From: an uncultured delta proteobacterium
Lineage (GTDB): Bacteria; Desulfobacterota; Binatia; UBA9968
DNA length: 64,000 nt
Direction: 5' to 3'
NCBI GenBank assembly: GCA_963727625.1
Contig: CAVSHR010000004.1
Coordinates: 891,850 to 955,849, forward strand
Each line of letters opens with the position of its first letter. The stretch's first letter is position 1. A program made the translations under genes and the position numbers. Shown here one piece after another: positions 1 through 9,511 of the stretch. The notes under the pieces are model-generated. The model was given only the letters and a program-made list of their open reading frames with translations. It searched no databases and had not been told where the DNA came from.

Positions 1-849
1 ATAACCGGGATAATCGCTGAATGGCTCGCCGCGCTCCTTGCGGTCAATCGAGATTTCTCCTTCGATGACGATCTCGGCGTCGGCGGGAACTTCCAGTGGA
101 ATCGTTTTGCATGGGACGACGTCGACCGGGCGGCCGCGAATGCCGCCGGCAACAGCGAGCTCGTCGACGCCGTAGGGGAGATTTGCCGCGGACACGAAAT
201 TGATGTCCGGCAAAGCACCGAGCACAATCGCTACGGGCAGCGGTTCATTGCGGCTAACGGCACCGCGATGATGATAAAGAATTGCGTGGTGGGTAGGCGC
301 GATGCCGGCGATGAGCCGGTCCTCGCCACGGAAATGGCCGCTGTACATACCGACGTTGCGCATGCCGGACTCGGCATCCTGGGTGATGAACGGTGCGGTG
401 GCCCGGATGCCTCCGCTGAAACCGGGCTCTTCTACAGGCGCAGGTAAGCCGGTGACGCCAAATTTTTTCAGCGCTTCTCCCGCATAAACAACCTCATGGA
501 CCGGCGCGCCGGCGACGCGCCGCGGTTCAAAGGGCTTCGCTAGCGCGTGGCGCCACTTTTCATAGATGTCCATGGGATCGTCGCAACCCAGCCCCAACGT
601 GGCGATGTCTCGCGACGACCCGTACATACCCGTAGCGACCCTGATGTCGTAGCGACGACCCCGGCTGTCGACGACGTTTTCAAACAAAAAAGCTTGCCGC
701 TTATCGTCGGGAATACCACGGTATTGCAGGCGCATGAGCGGCATCAGTTCGGTGTCTTTATTGATCGGCTGCGGCCAGCGATGCAATTTGCCGTGTTTTT
801 CGAGCTCGTCCAGGTACGCACGGAAGTCGTCATAATAAGGGCGGGCCAT
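1..849 (-). CDS. UbiD-family (prFMN-dependent) decarboxylase, N-terminal 283 codons; the gene runs off the left edge
   Basis: Own translation of the minus strand from the ATG at 849..847 gives MARPYYDDFRAYLDELEKHGKLHRWPQPINKDTELMPLMRLQYRGIPDDKRQAFLFENV... and stays open to position 1. It is collinear with the N-terminus of the complete paralogue at 6764..8422. It is absent from the ORF track because there is no stop in the window. Confidence 0.8.
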   Translation of the reverse strand, partial: MARPYYDDFRAYLDELEKHGKLHRWPQPINKDTELMPLMRLQYRGIPDDKRQAFLFENVVDSRGRRYDIRVATGMYGSSRDIATLGLGCDDPMDIYEKWRHALAKPFEPRRVAGAPVHEVVYAGEALKKFGVTGLPAPVEEPGFSGGIRATAPFITQDAESGMRNVGMYSGHFRGEDRLIAGIAPTHHAILYHHRGAVSRNEPLPVAIVLGALPDINFVSAANLPYGVDELAVAGGIRGRPVDVVPCKTIPLEVPADAEIVIEGEISIDRKERGEPFSDYPGY

Positions 850-1440
850 TTGCGGAAATTCCTTTCGGAGCCGAGTGAACGTTCTCTATTTCAATAGCAA
901 GTGCGCGATTTTTTTGCCGGCTCGCGGACCTTATCGAGCTTTTCTTCCGATTGACTTTCCACCTGTAAAAATTCTTTGACTGACATCCGATCCTTGGCGG
1001 AAATCGATACCGTGACCTTGCCCGCTTTTCTCGCCCGGCACTTTTCCCCACTCTGATTGGCACGCCGATTTACGTGATTGCGCGTCGAGTCGAAGCGGTA
1101 TTAAGAGCGTTGCGAACAACAGCAGATAAAAACAGCGGGGGATCAAAACCGTCATGGTTCGGAAAATCTTTCCAGTGTGAGGCTTGTCAATCAACTGCTT
1201 CACCGGCTTTTGATCTGGCACTCAAACCTGGGCTGGATAGAGAATTATTTATAGACAAACATTTCATATGTCAAGTAATTTAGCCGAAAGATTTAAGGCA
1301 ATTGCGAATGTCACGGCAAGAATAGCCCGCGCGAAGTTAAACTTTTAGACAGCCTGCGACCCTCGTCGTGTGTCCGCGCTGTGCCTTGCCGATTCAGCGT
1401 TATTTAGGGAGGATTTTTATTGCGAAGCTTAAGGAAGGAA

Positions 1441-1517
1441 TGGAGCGGGTGATCGGGGTCGAACCGACGACCTTATGCTTGGCAAGCATACGCTCTAGCC
1501 AACTGAGCTACACCCGC
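1441..1517 (-). tRNA. tRNA-Gly (anticodon GCC)
   Basis: The reverse complement GCGGGTGTAGCTCAGTTGGCTAGAGCGTATGCTTGCCAAGCATAAGGTCGTCGGTTCGACCCCGATCACCCGCTCCA folds as a cloverleaf. It has a 7-bp acceptor stem GCGGGTG/CACCCGC, anticodon loop TTGCCAA, a TTCGA T-loop and an encoded CCA. Confidence 0.9.
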
Positions 1518-1567
1518 GTCAGTGTTTTTTCTACCTGAAGCAGATGGTTTTGTCAATTTCAGCGCTG

Positions 1568-2140
1568 TTAGGCGCGCCCCAGACGGGATTGTCGCAAACG
1601 GAAAAATTGCAAGTGATAATTGACGCCGGACCAAATAGCAATCACGGCGGATAAAACAAGGAAGTACATGCCGGCGGCGAAGAAATCCACGCTCCAATAG
1701 CGGTAATGCACCAGCAAACCAACCACCGCAAAGGCTTGCAAAATGAATTTGTACTTACCGAGAGTTTCCGACTGCATTACGATTCCCTCGCTCAGAGCGA
1801 TACCGCGCAGCACCGTGACCGCACTTTCACGCGCCAGCACGACGACCACGAGCCATGCCGGCACGTTAGGCTCTCCGGGGCGATTCATCGCGGCCAACAT
1901 GATCAACGCCGAGGCGACCATCAATTTGTCGGCCAACGGATCGAGAATCTTACCGACATCGGATACCGATTTGTTACGCCGAGCCAGATAGCCGTCGAAA
2001 TAGTCTGTAATCGAAGCAACGAGAAACAACGTGGCGGCCAGGAGTGATGATGATCGATCCGGAAAAGTAAGCAGATAAACCAATACCGGGATGATCAATA
2101 TTCGAATGAGACTCAACAGGTTAGGGAAAGTCCATACCAC
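1568..2140 (-). CDS. pgsA: CDP-diacylglycerol--glycerol-3-phosphate 3-phosphatidyltransferase
   Basis: The 190-aa ORF carries the CDP-alcohol phosphatidyltransferase motif (DYFDGYLARR...GKILDPLADK) and multiple TM segments, with the size typical of PgsA. Confidence 0.85.
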   Translation of the reverse strand: MVWTFPNLLSLIRILIIPVLVYLLTFPDRSSSLLAATLFLVASITDYFDGYLARRNKSVSDVGKILDPLADKLMVASALIMLAAMNRPGEPNVPAWLVVVVLARESAVTVLRGIALSEGIVMQSETLGKYKFILQAFAVVGLLVHYRYWSVDFFAAGMYFLVLSAVIAIWSGVNYHLQFFRLRQSRLGRA

Positions 2141-2180
2141 GGCAGACTCGGTCGACGGAAAAAACCGAAGAAATTATTCT

Positions 2181-2786
2181 CTAACGGACTTGCTTGACGA
2201 CTTGGAAGCCGTCGCCACGGTAAGAGTCGTAAAAACGCAAAACGCGGCGCACATACTCTCGCGTTTCGGCGAAAGGCGGAATGCCGGCGTATTTTTCGAC
2301 TGCCGCGCTGCCCGCGTTATATGCTGCCAGAGATAATTCGAGATCGCCTTGGTAACGGTCCAGAAGCATCCGCAAATGGCGCACCCCGCCTTCGACATTT
2401 TCGCCCGGATCATAGGCATCGGCGACTTGATGCAAGCGCGCCGTGTCCGGCATCAGCTGCATAAGTCCCATGGCGCCCTTTCGCGAACGGGCGGCGGCGT
2501 TGAAATCGGACTCGGCCTTGATCACCGCGCGCACCAGATCAGAGTCGACGTTGTAGCGGTGCGATGCGCTGCGAATGAGGGGGTCATAGGAAGTACTCAA
2601 AGACGTGGCCGATCCCGGCGCACCGTTATTTTCCCTTAGCACCCGACGGTATCCCTGATGATTGGGCACGTTGGTAAATGTGACGACGCCGTTTGCGTCC
2701 TTGTAAACGTAGACGTCGCCCCGCGCTCCATCCGGCACCGCAACGACGGCTCCGACAAGCGCTAATATGAAGACTATGTTTGTCAT
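2181..2786 (-). CDS. Lytic transglycosylase (SLT domain), secreted
   Basis: SLT motifs AESDFNAAARS...GAMGLMQLMP...AYNAG are present. The start was trimmed to MTNIVFILALVGAVVA, which has a signal-peptide-like N-terminus. The ORF track extends to 2858. Confidence 0.8.
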   Translation of the reverse strand: MTNIVFILALVGAVVAVPDGARGDVYVYKDANGVVTFTNVPNHQGYRRVLRENNGAPGSATSLSTSYDPLIRSASHRYNVDSDLVRAVIKAESDFNAAARSRKGAMGLMQLMPDTARLHQVADAYDPGENVEGGVRHLRMLLDRYQGDLELSLAAYNAGSAAVEKYAGIPPFAETREYVRRVLRFYDSYRGDGFQVVKQVR

Positions 2787-2903
2787 TGTTGAAAATCTCA
2801 AAGCGGTCGTAGGATAACCGCACAGCCCATGGCTGTCAATTCTCCTGATTGCGCGCACGCTTATTTTGTTGCCCAGACTTTCTTTAGAAACCGGAAAATA
2901 TCG

Positions 2904-3326
2904 TTAGAACCGGTCGCGGCCGCGGTCTGACATGAGTCGCGCGATGATCGGCCGATCCCCCTCGAGGAAGTCGAAGCGGTCAAACTCGGCGACCTCGGCC
3001 CAGACGATCTGCTGGAAAATCAAGTTCCGCGGCTCACCGTCAAATGCCTTCACTTCGTAAAAACACAGCGAAACGGTCGGCCCGTTCGGATAGGAGTGCT
3101 CATATTGGCAAACGAACTCCATTTGGCGCGCATCGACGGCCAATTCTTCGTGCAACTCGCGACGCAGGGCATCGGTGTCCGACTCCCCTTTTTCGACCTT
3201 GCCGCCGGGAAACTCCCATTTCAAAGGAAACGCACCATCGGCGCGGCGCTGACAAACCAAAACGCGCTGATCGCGAAACATCAGAGCGGCAACGACTCTG
3301 ATCGCTACTCGATTTTTAGCATTCAT
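2904..3326 (-). CDS. NUDIX hydrolase (MutT-like)
   Basis: A Nudix box is present (GGKVEKGESDTDALRRELHEELAV). The track ORF (to 3401) overlaps tRNA-Arg, so the start was trimmed to MNAKNRV at 3326. Confidence 0.8.
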   Translation of the reverse strand: MNAKNRVAIRVVAALMFRDQRVLVCQRRADGAFPLKWEFPGGKVEKGESDTDALRRELHEELAVDARQMEFVCQYEHSYPNGPTVSLCFYEVKAFDGEPRNLIFQQIVWAEVAEFDRFDFLEGDRPIIARLMSDRGRDRF

Positions 3327-3371
3327 AGCTTGGAGATAAACTTGGCCGAGATACAAGGAAGCTAGTTTTTC

Positions 3372-3448
3372 TGGCGCGCCTGGAGGGATTCGAACCCCCA
3401 ACCCTCAGATCCGAAGTCTGATGCTCTGTCCAGTTGAGCTACAGGCGC
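3372..3448 (-). tRNA. tRNA-Arg (anticodon TCG)
   Basis: The reverse complement is GCGCCTGTAGCTCAACTGGACAGAGCATCAGACTTCGGATCTGAGGGTTGGGGGTTCGAATCCCTCCAGGCGCGCCA. It has acceptor stem GCGCCTG/CAGGCGC, anticodon stem TCAGA/TCTGA with loop CTTCGGA, and an encoded CCA. Confidence 0.85.
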
Positions 3449-3466
3449 CTAGAAAACCGCAGCGGC

Positions 3467-5263
3467 CTATCGAAAATAAACGATTTCGAGCCCTTTTTCA
3501 AAAAAGAATCGATGCAGCGCCGCGGGGATTTGGCGGTCGGTGACAAACATTGCTTTCTCAGGCAAGTTGAAACCCCAAGCTTTTATAGTAAGCCAATCTC
3601 GATTCGAGGTCTGCGCCGTCGGAAATCTATACTCTCGGTAAACTGCCGGGTCACCGAGGACGCCGAGCATGCGCGCAATCAGCTCGCGCGACGACAAAGA
3701 CTGAAGCTCCAGTTCGACCACCCTGATCCCCTGCCGATCTTGCAGCGCTTTACGAATCTCCGGGTCCGCGCGCTGAAAGAACAGCGCCGTCCGCTTACCG
3801 TTGGACTCGAAAACACGGTCAGCTCGGATGTCCACACGCAAACCGTCGCTCACTTCTGCCGAAAGCGTTTCGGCGACGCCGAATGGAATGCCGAATGAAA
3901 GCAACAGCTCGTCGACCAGCTCGCTTTTGTCCGCCGGCCAATTTTTGATCTGACCAGCGTCGCTCTTGGGATCGGCGTTTGGTTTATTGTTTGGTTGCGC
4001 GTCGACGCGCCGCGGCGATATCACGCCGCGCAGATTCAAGCCCAGCTTGGCCAGCTCGGCTCGTACGTAATCGGGGATCTCGTCGGGGCGATCCGTGAGA
4101 TTGATGACAAAGACATCCTGAGTTTTGTTACTTACCTCGGGCGCCAAAGCCATCCAGTCTCCTTTCGCTTCGAAAGCGATCCCTCCGTCTTGCACGACGA
4201 CCGGCCGCTCGGCCGGCAGAGGCTTGTATCCCAGCGCGAAAAGCAACTGGGTGACAGCTTCTTGCAGCGACACACCATCGGCCATCGACAACACCGGTGT
4301 GCCGATGCTTGGATCGTTTAGTTTGGCTTTGAGAGATGCCGGGATATTGCCGTTAGGGTCGACGACCACGCGTTGTCGCAGATCCGGATTGTAGATAACC
4401 GGGTAGGTGCTCCTGTCAAAATGCACCGTGCCAGCCGGCAGCTTGATAGTTTCCTCACCGCTCTCTTGGATTTCGCCGCCGATGGCGGCGACGACGCGGC
4501 CCAAGAGCGGCATGTTTTCCCTTGCCGGCGTGCTCAACACTTGTTCGCTATCCACCGGCGCCGTGGGCGCGACAACGGGTTCGGCCGCGTCCGACGCGCC
4601 AACCGCCGCAGCCGAACTCTGCGAAGCGGACCGGCTTGCAATTTTTGCACTTGCCGTTTCGCCGACTGAGCGTGGCGCCGGCAAGTGAATAATCTCCCCC
4701 TCGTGGAGCGTATCCCAATCTCCCTTGCGTTGCGGATTGAGATCCTTCACCAGGGAAGCGTATTGGGCAAGCTCCCGCAGGTTCATAAGGTTGAATTCCT
4801 GACGCAGGATCCGATAAAGAGATTCGCCAGATTTGACTCGATAGCTTATCGTGCGCCCGGAACTCGATCGCTGAGCCTCTCGGGTTGTCGCTGCGGCGAC
4901 CGACGGCGCATCGCCGACGTCATCGAGGCGCAGCGGAATAAAGATCTTATCGCCGATACGTAGCAGGTCGAGTTTCTTAACCTGCGGGTTCAAGCCGCGA
5001 ATGACCACTAAATAGCTCTGGAACTTTTTGCTCGACAGGCCCTTTTCTTCGATCAAGATTCTCCAAAGGGAGTCGCCGCGGCCGATTTGGCGCTCCTCGC
5101 CGGTCACATGCCGGCCGTGAAATTCGCGCACCTCAACCGACTTGCGCAGACTCATTTCGGTTCCGCCGCGCGCCGGCGCCTGCTCCTGCGCTTCAGTAGC
5201 GGATGCGAACGGGAGCGAAACGAAAAGAAGCAACAGTAAACAATCGAGGCGCGCCCGAATCAT
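3467..5263 (-). CDS. Secreted LysM-repeat protein
   Basis: It has a signal-like N-terminus (MIRARLDCLLLLLFVSLPFASA) and two LysM-like segments (DSLWRILIEEKGL...GDKIFIPL and ESLYRILRQEF...GEIIHLP). The ATG at 5263 overlaps the cysS stop (ATGA); the track start at 5275 is an alternative. Confidence 0.65.
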   Translation of the reverse strand: MIRARLDCLLLLLFVSLPFASATEAQEQAPARGGTEMSLRKSVEVREFHGRHVTGEERQIGRGDSLWRILIEEKGLSSKKFQSYLVVIRGLNPQVKKLDLLRIGDKIFIPLRLDDVGDAPSVAAATTREAQRSSSGRTISYRVKSGESLYRILRQEFNLMNLRELAQYASLVKDLNPQRKGDWDTLHEGEIIHLPAPRSVGETASAKIASRSASQSSAAAVGASDAAEPVVAPTAPVDSEQVLSTPARENMPLLGRVVAAIGGEIQESGEETIKLPAGTVHFDRSTYPVIYNPDLRQRVVVDPNGNIPASLKAKLNDPSIGTPVLSMADGVSLQEAVTQLLFALGYKPLPAERPVVVQDGGIAFEAKGDWMALAPEVSNKTQDVFVINLTDRPDEIPDYVRAELAKLGLNLRGVISPRRVDAQPNNKPNADPKSDAGQIKNWPADKSELVDELLLSFGIPFGVAETLSAEVSDGLRVDIRADRVFESNGKRTALFFQRADPEIRKALQDRQGIRVVELELQSLSSRELIARMLGVLGDPAVYREYRFPTAQTSNRDWLTIKAWGFNLPEKAMFVTDRQIPAALHRFFFEKGLEIVYFR

Positions 5264-6663
5264 TTCACCTTCCACACCGTCCCTTTGGGGGTATCCTCGA
5301 TGACGACTCCGATCTCTTGAAGTTGATTGCGGATTCGGTCCGCTTCTTGCCAGTTTTTACTTTGACGCGCCGCACTGCGCTCGGCAATCAAGCTCTCGAT
5401 CCGCGCCTCAGAAACTTTGCCGTTTTTTAGCCAACGGCTTTTTTTCCGTTCAAAGTAACCTTCTTGAAGCAGTCCGAGGGTGTCGCAAATAGCGCAGAAA
5501 GCCGCAGCGCGAGCCTCGAGTCCTGCTTGTTTCTTGGCGTCGAACAGGCGATTCAAGGCGCGCACTTCGTCAAAAATGAGCGCCAATGCGCGCGGCGTGT
5601 TGAAGTCATCGTCCATTTCGTTTCGGTACGACTTCATGAGCTCCGGGTCGGGCGCGACTGGAGAACCGTCCTTAAACAAGTGTGCGGCGCGATCGATGGT
5701 TTCAAATATTCGCTCGGCGGCTCGAGCCGCCTCCGCAAGTCCCTCCTTGGAAAAATCCATCGGGCTGCGATAATGGCTGGAGAGAAAATAGTGGCGTAGC
5801 GCCAAGCCGTCGAACTGTTCCAAGATCTCCCGAACGGTAAAAAAATTGCCGAGCGATTTGGACATTTTCTCCTGGTCGATATTCAGAAACCCGTTGTGAA
5901 TCCAATAGCGCGCCAGCGGCTTGTCATATGCGCCTTCGGATTGAGCGATTTCGTTTTCGTGGTGCGGAAAGATCAAATCGCGACCGCCGCCGTGAATGTC
6001 GAAGGGTTGGCCTAGATATTTAGTGCTCATTGCCGAACATTCGACATGCCAGCCTGGACGGCCGGGTCCCCACGGGCTATCCCAGGTCGGTTCGCCGGGC
6101 TTGCTCGATTTCCACAAGGCGAAATCGAGCGGCGAACGTTTCCGCGCATCGATTTCGACCCGCGCGCCGGCTTCCAATTCATCAATATTTTTTCGCGAGA
6201 GCTTGCCGTAACCGGAGAATCCAGCCACGGAATAAAACACATCGCCGTCGACTCGATAGGCAACGTCTTTGGCTTCTAACTGTTTGATGATTTCGATGAT
6301 CTCGGCAATATGTTGCGTAGCGCGTGGCTCGACGGTTGGGGCTAGCAGGCCGAGGGCTTGGCTGTCCCTTTGAAACTCGGCAATGTAACGATCCGTGATC
6401 GCCTCACAGCTGATCTGTTCTTCGTTGGCGCGCTTGATAATCTTGTCGTCGACATCGGTAAAGTTACGCACATAGGTGACGTCGAAGCCGCAAGAGCGCA
6501 GATAACGGCAGATGACATCAAACGTTAAAAGGAAGCGGCAATGGCCGAGATGGGCCGAATCGTAAACCGTGACGCCGCACACATACATGCGCACTTTTCC
6601 CGGGGTGAGCGGCGCAAATATCTCTTTCTCTCCGCTTAACGTATTAAAGATCTTCAATGCCAT
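5260..6663 (-). CDS. cysS: Cysteine--tRNA ligase
   Basis: The 467-aa ORF has the class-I motifs HLGH (SAHLGHCR) and KMSKS (KMSKSLGN), and the overall CysS architecture. Confidence 0.95.
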   Translation of the reverse strand: MALKIFNTLSGEKEIFAPLTPGKVRMYVCGVTVYDSAHLGHCRFLLTFDVICRYLRSCGFDVTYVRNFTDVDDKIIKRANEEQISCEAITDRYIAEFQRDSQALGLLAPTVEPRATQHIAEIIEIIKQLEAKDVAYRVDGDVFYSVAGFSGYGKLSRKNIDELEAGARVEIDARKRSPLDFALWKSSKPGEPTWDSPWGPGRPGWHVECSAMSTKYLGQPFDIHGGGRDLIFPHHENEIAQSEGAYDKPLARYWIHNGFLNIDQEKMSKSLGNFFTVREILEQFDGLALRHYFLSSHYRSPMDFSKEGLAEAARAAERIFETIDRAAHLFKDGSPVAPDPELMKSYRNEMDDDFNTPRALALIFDEVRALNRLFDAKKQAGLEARAAAFCAICDTLGLLQEGYFERKKSRWLKNGKVSEARIESLIAERSAARQSKNWQEADRIRNQLQEIGVVIEDTPKGTVWKVK

Positions 6664-6763
6664 CTTGGTGGATGCTCAATCTTACGGATCAAATGGTTTT
6701 ATGCAAGCGATCTGCGATTGTCCAGCTTGATAAAGCGGGAAAAAAAGCATAGACAAAAGTCCT

Positions 6764-8422
6764 ATGAATTTCGCTAAACCTTATGAAGACTTACGCGAGT
6801 TTATCGCGGCTCTGGATGAACATGACAAATTGTACCGGATCCACCATGAAATCAACAAAGACAGCGAGCTGCAGCCGCTGGTTCGCTGGCAATTTAGAGG
6901 CGGTATCCCTGAACGGGAGCGCCGCGGCTTTCTGTTCGATAATGTAACAGACGGCAAGAAACGCAAATACAATTGTCAAGTGCTCGTCGGCGGGCTTTCG
7001 AGCTCCGAAGAGATTTATTGCCTGGGGCTCAAATGCCAGCCCGAGGAAGTCCCCGACCGCTGGATCTACGCGATGGATCATCTGATCGATCCGGTGCTTG
7101 TCGACTCAGGCTCCTGCCAGGAGGAAATTCACAAGGGCGATGGGCTACTCGCCCACGGCGGATTATTGGAATTTGCCGTTCCCATGTCGACTCCCGGCTT
7201 CGACAATGGGCCATACATTACCGCCGGACATTGGATCACCAAAGATCCGGAAACCGGCAAACGCAATGTCGGAAACTATCGCGGCTTGATCAAAGGGTCC
7301 ACCTGCGCTGGCTTGATGTCCGGAACACCGCAGGATTTGTCGAGCCATTGGGAGAAATGCCGCAAGCTGGGCAAGCCCTTGGAAGTGGCGATCGTCGTCG
7401 GCACGATTCCCGCCGTCTCCTATTGCGCGACGCAAAAAGTGCCGCCGGACGTCGACGAATTGGCGCTCGCCGGAGGGCTGATGGGCGGGCCGGTGAAGCT
7501 GGTGAAATGTCAGACCGTCGACCTGGAAGTGCCGGCCAGCGCCGAGATCGTCCTCGAAGGCATCATCCCGACCAACTACATGGAAGAAGAGGGCCCCTAC
7601 GGCGAGTCCATGGGCTACGTCGATCCGCGCACCTTGAGCACCGTGTTCGAGCTCAAATGCGTGACCCATCGAAAAAACCCGATCTGGGTCTCGATCATCA
7701 GCCAGGTGACGCCCAGCGAAAGCTCCAAGATCAAGGCGATGGGAATGGCCACGCTGGTCAAGCGCTTCATCATCAGCAAAGGCTACGACTGCGTCAAGGA
7801 AGTGCATATGATCGAACCGCTGGTCAATCTGCGCCCTTATGTCGCCGTGAGTTTGAAGAAGCGCAACGACGAGGATCCCTGGGGCGTCATGCAAGCCGTG
7901 CTCGATTACGGCGACCGCGTCGGCAAGATGATCGTCGCCGTCGACGAAGACATCAACGTGAAAGATCCGGTGGCAGTCACCTGGGCGATTACCCATCGCT
8001 CGCAACCGCACAGGGACGTAAGAATCGTGCGCGACCGTCCCTTCGGCGCCACGCCCATAGGCATGGTTGCCACCCATCCGTCGAGCCGTTACGACAACTC
8101 CGAGTCATCGCTTTTGATCGACGCTACGCGCAAAGCCGACTTCCCCCCGCTTTCGTTGCCCAAGGAAGAATTCATGGTCCGGGCCAAACAATTATGGGAG
8201 GAGCTCGGCTTGCCGAAGCTCACCCCGGAGGAGCCCTGGCATGGTTATTTGATGGGACTCTGGCCGGAAAACCTCAATTACGAGGCGGAACTCGCGGCCC
8301 GGAGCGAACATGAAAAGGTCTGGGAGATACTGCGCAAAACCCGCGTGCAGGTCGGCGAAGGCGAAACTTTGAAATCCATGCGCGCGAAATGGGGCAAGAC
8401 CCATTCCGGCAGAGCTGAGTAA
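6764..8422 (+). CDS. UbiD-family (prFMN-dependent) decarboxylase
   Basis: The 552-aa ORF has a UbiD-like N-terminus (LREFIAALDEHDKLYRIHHEINKDSELQPLVRWQFRGG) and UbiD-family length. It is a paralogue of the partial gene at 1..849. Confidence 0.85.
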   Translation: MNFAKPYEDLREFIAALDEHDKLYRIHHEINKDSELQPLVRWQFRGGIPERERRGFLFDNVTDGKKRKYNCQVLVGGLSSSEEIYCLGLKCQPEEVPDRWIYAMDHLIDPVLVDSGSCQEEIHKGDGLLAHGGLLEFAVPMSTPGFDNGPYITAGHWITKDPETGKRNVGNYRGLIKGSTCAGLMSGTPQDLSSHWEKCRKLGKPLEVAIVVGTIPAVSYCATQKVPPDVDELALAGGLMGGPVKLVKCQTVDLEVPASAEIVLEGIIPTNYMEEEGPYGESMGYVDPRTLSTVFELKCVTHRKNPIWVSIISQVTPSESSKIKAMGMATLVKRFIISKGYDCVKEVHMIEPLVNLRPYVAVSLKKRNDEDPWGVMQAVLDYGDRVGKMIVAVDEDINVKDPVAVTWAITHRSQPHRDVRIVRDRPFGATPIGMVATHPSSRYDNSESSLLIDATRKADFPPLSLPKEEFMVRAKQLWEELGLPKLTPEEPWHGYLMGLWPENLNYEAELAARSEHEKVWEILRKTRVQVGEGETLKSMRAKWGKTHSGRAE

Positions 8423-8823
8423 GCTCCCCTAAAGCGATCGAAACGCCAGTGCGGCAATTCAGACATCAGCCCGCGCCGCTTCATGAGCTTCACCCCGGGG
8501 TACGTGACTCGGAGACAACCCACCGCCGCCACCGCTTGCTCGCGTTCGAGCGTGACCATCCAAATCGCAAATAACCACGCGCCACTTGTAAGCTTGCCGA
8601 TCATTGGGCAAGCAGGCCTCAATTTATGTGGGATATGAGTTTCCAGGGCAAACGCTCGGCTCGCTCACGGTAAAAGACCAATAATTATGCAGCGCCGCTA
8701 CCCATTTGACGCGCGACTCAACATCATGCGAACGAGTTTTGTTACCATTCGGTAAGCAATTTGCGCCGCTCGCACGCTGCCATTTTTAGCGGCGTTGTGT
8801 TGAATCCTAACCGGACAAAGGCT

Positions 8824-9387
8824 ATGTTTCCGTTCATGAAACGGCTGGTAAAATTCACCGTGAACGGCGAGGAACACGAGGTAGAAATCGAGCCCAATCG
8901 TCTCTTGCTGCAAGTTCTGCGCGACAATCTCGGCCTCACCGGCACCAAAGAGGGTTGCAGCATCGGCGTTTGCGGCGCTTGCAGCGTGATCGTCGATGGC
9001 CGTCTGGTCAGCTCCTGTTTGACCCTGGCGGCGGGTTGCGCCGGCAAGAAAATCGAAACCATCGAAGGACTCGCCAAGGACGGCGACCTCCATCCGCTGC
9101 AGCAGGCCTTCATCGAATATGGCGGTTTTCAGTGCGGCATCTGCACGCCCGGCCAAATCATGGCGGCCAAAGCGCTGCTCGACGAAAATCCCAAGCCGAG
9201 CGAAGAAGAAGTCAAGGAATGGATGTCGGGAAATCTCTGCCGCTGCACCGGTTATTACAAGATTCTCGAATCCGTCATGGCCGTGGTCAACGGCAAGACC
9301 GACCCCGAATACAAGTTTCGCAAGCGCGAAACCACGGCGAAGATCCAGAGCCTCGACGTTTATAAATCAGTCGCCAAGACAAATTAA
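8824..9387 (+). CDS. Molybdenum hydroxylase small subunit, [2Fe-2S]-binding (CoxS/XdhC-iron-sulfur type), cluster 1
   Basis: The two 2Fe-2S cysteine motifs are present (CSIGVCGACSV and CGICTPG...CRCTGY). The start is at 8824 (MFPFMKRL) or 8836. Confidence 0.9.
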   Translation: MFPFMKRLVKFTVNGEEHEVEIEPNRLLLQVLRDNLGLTGTKEGCSIGVCGACSVIVDGRLVSSCLTLAAGCAGKKIETIEGLAKDGDLHPLQQAFIEYGGFQCGICTPGQIMAAKALLDENPKPSEEEVKEWMSGNLCRCTGYYKILESVMAVVNGKTDPEYKFRKRETTAKIQSLDVYKSVAKTN

Positions 9388-9400
9388 AATTAAGAAAGAA

Positions 9401-9488
9401 TCTCTCGCAAAGACGCCCAGTTAAGAGATCCGGAGAAACAACTCCTCCCATCTGCGAGCTTTGCGCCTTTGCGGGAGACAATCCGAGC
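9401..9488. repeat. Palindromic intergenic repeat, copy A (between the small and large subunit genes)
   Basis: The left arm TCTCTCGCAAAGACGC (9401..9416) pairs with GCGCCTTTGCGGGAGA (9463..9478). It shares the arms and the tail GAGACA-N-TCCGAGC with copy B at 11882..11968. Confidence 0.6.
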
Positions 9489-9511
9489 GACCACCAAAAC
9501 CTACAACAACC

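Noticed and set aside
6973-8313. There are very long alternative-frame or antisense ORFs inside real genes. Examples are 6973..8313 (+), 7163..8077 (-), 9986..11608 (-), 20505..21638 (-), 21699..22631 (-), 38799..40025 (+) and 12505..13191 (-).
   Set aside because: Their translations are Arg/Ala/Gly/Pro-rich and low in complexity. They fully overlap ORFs with clear family motifs. This is the typical shadow-ORF behaviour of high-GC DNA.
8423-8823. ORFs lie in the 400-bp spacer after the UbiD gene: 8278..8622 (minus, 114 aa) and a 51-aa plus-strand ORF.
   Set aside because: The minus-strand ORF overlaps the UbiD 3' end by 145 nt. I recognised no motif or SD for either ORF, and the composition is not protein-like.
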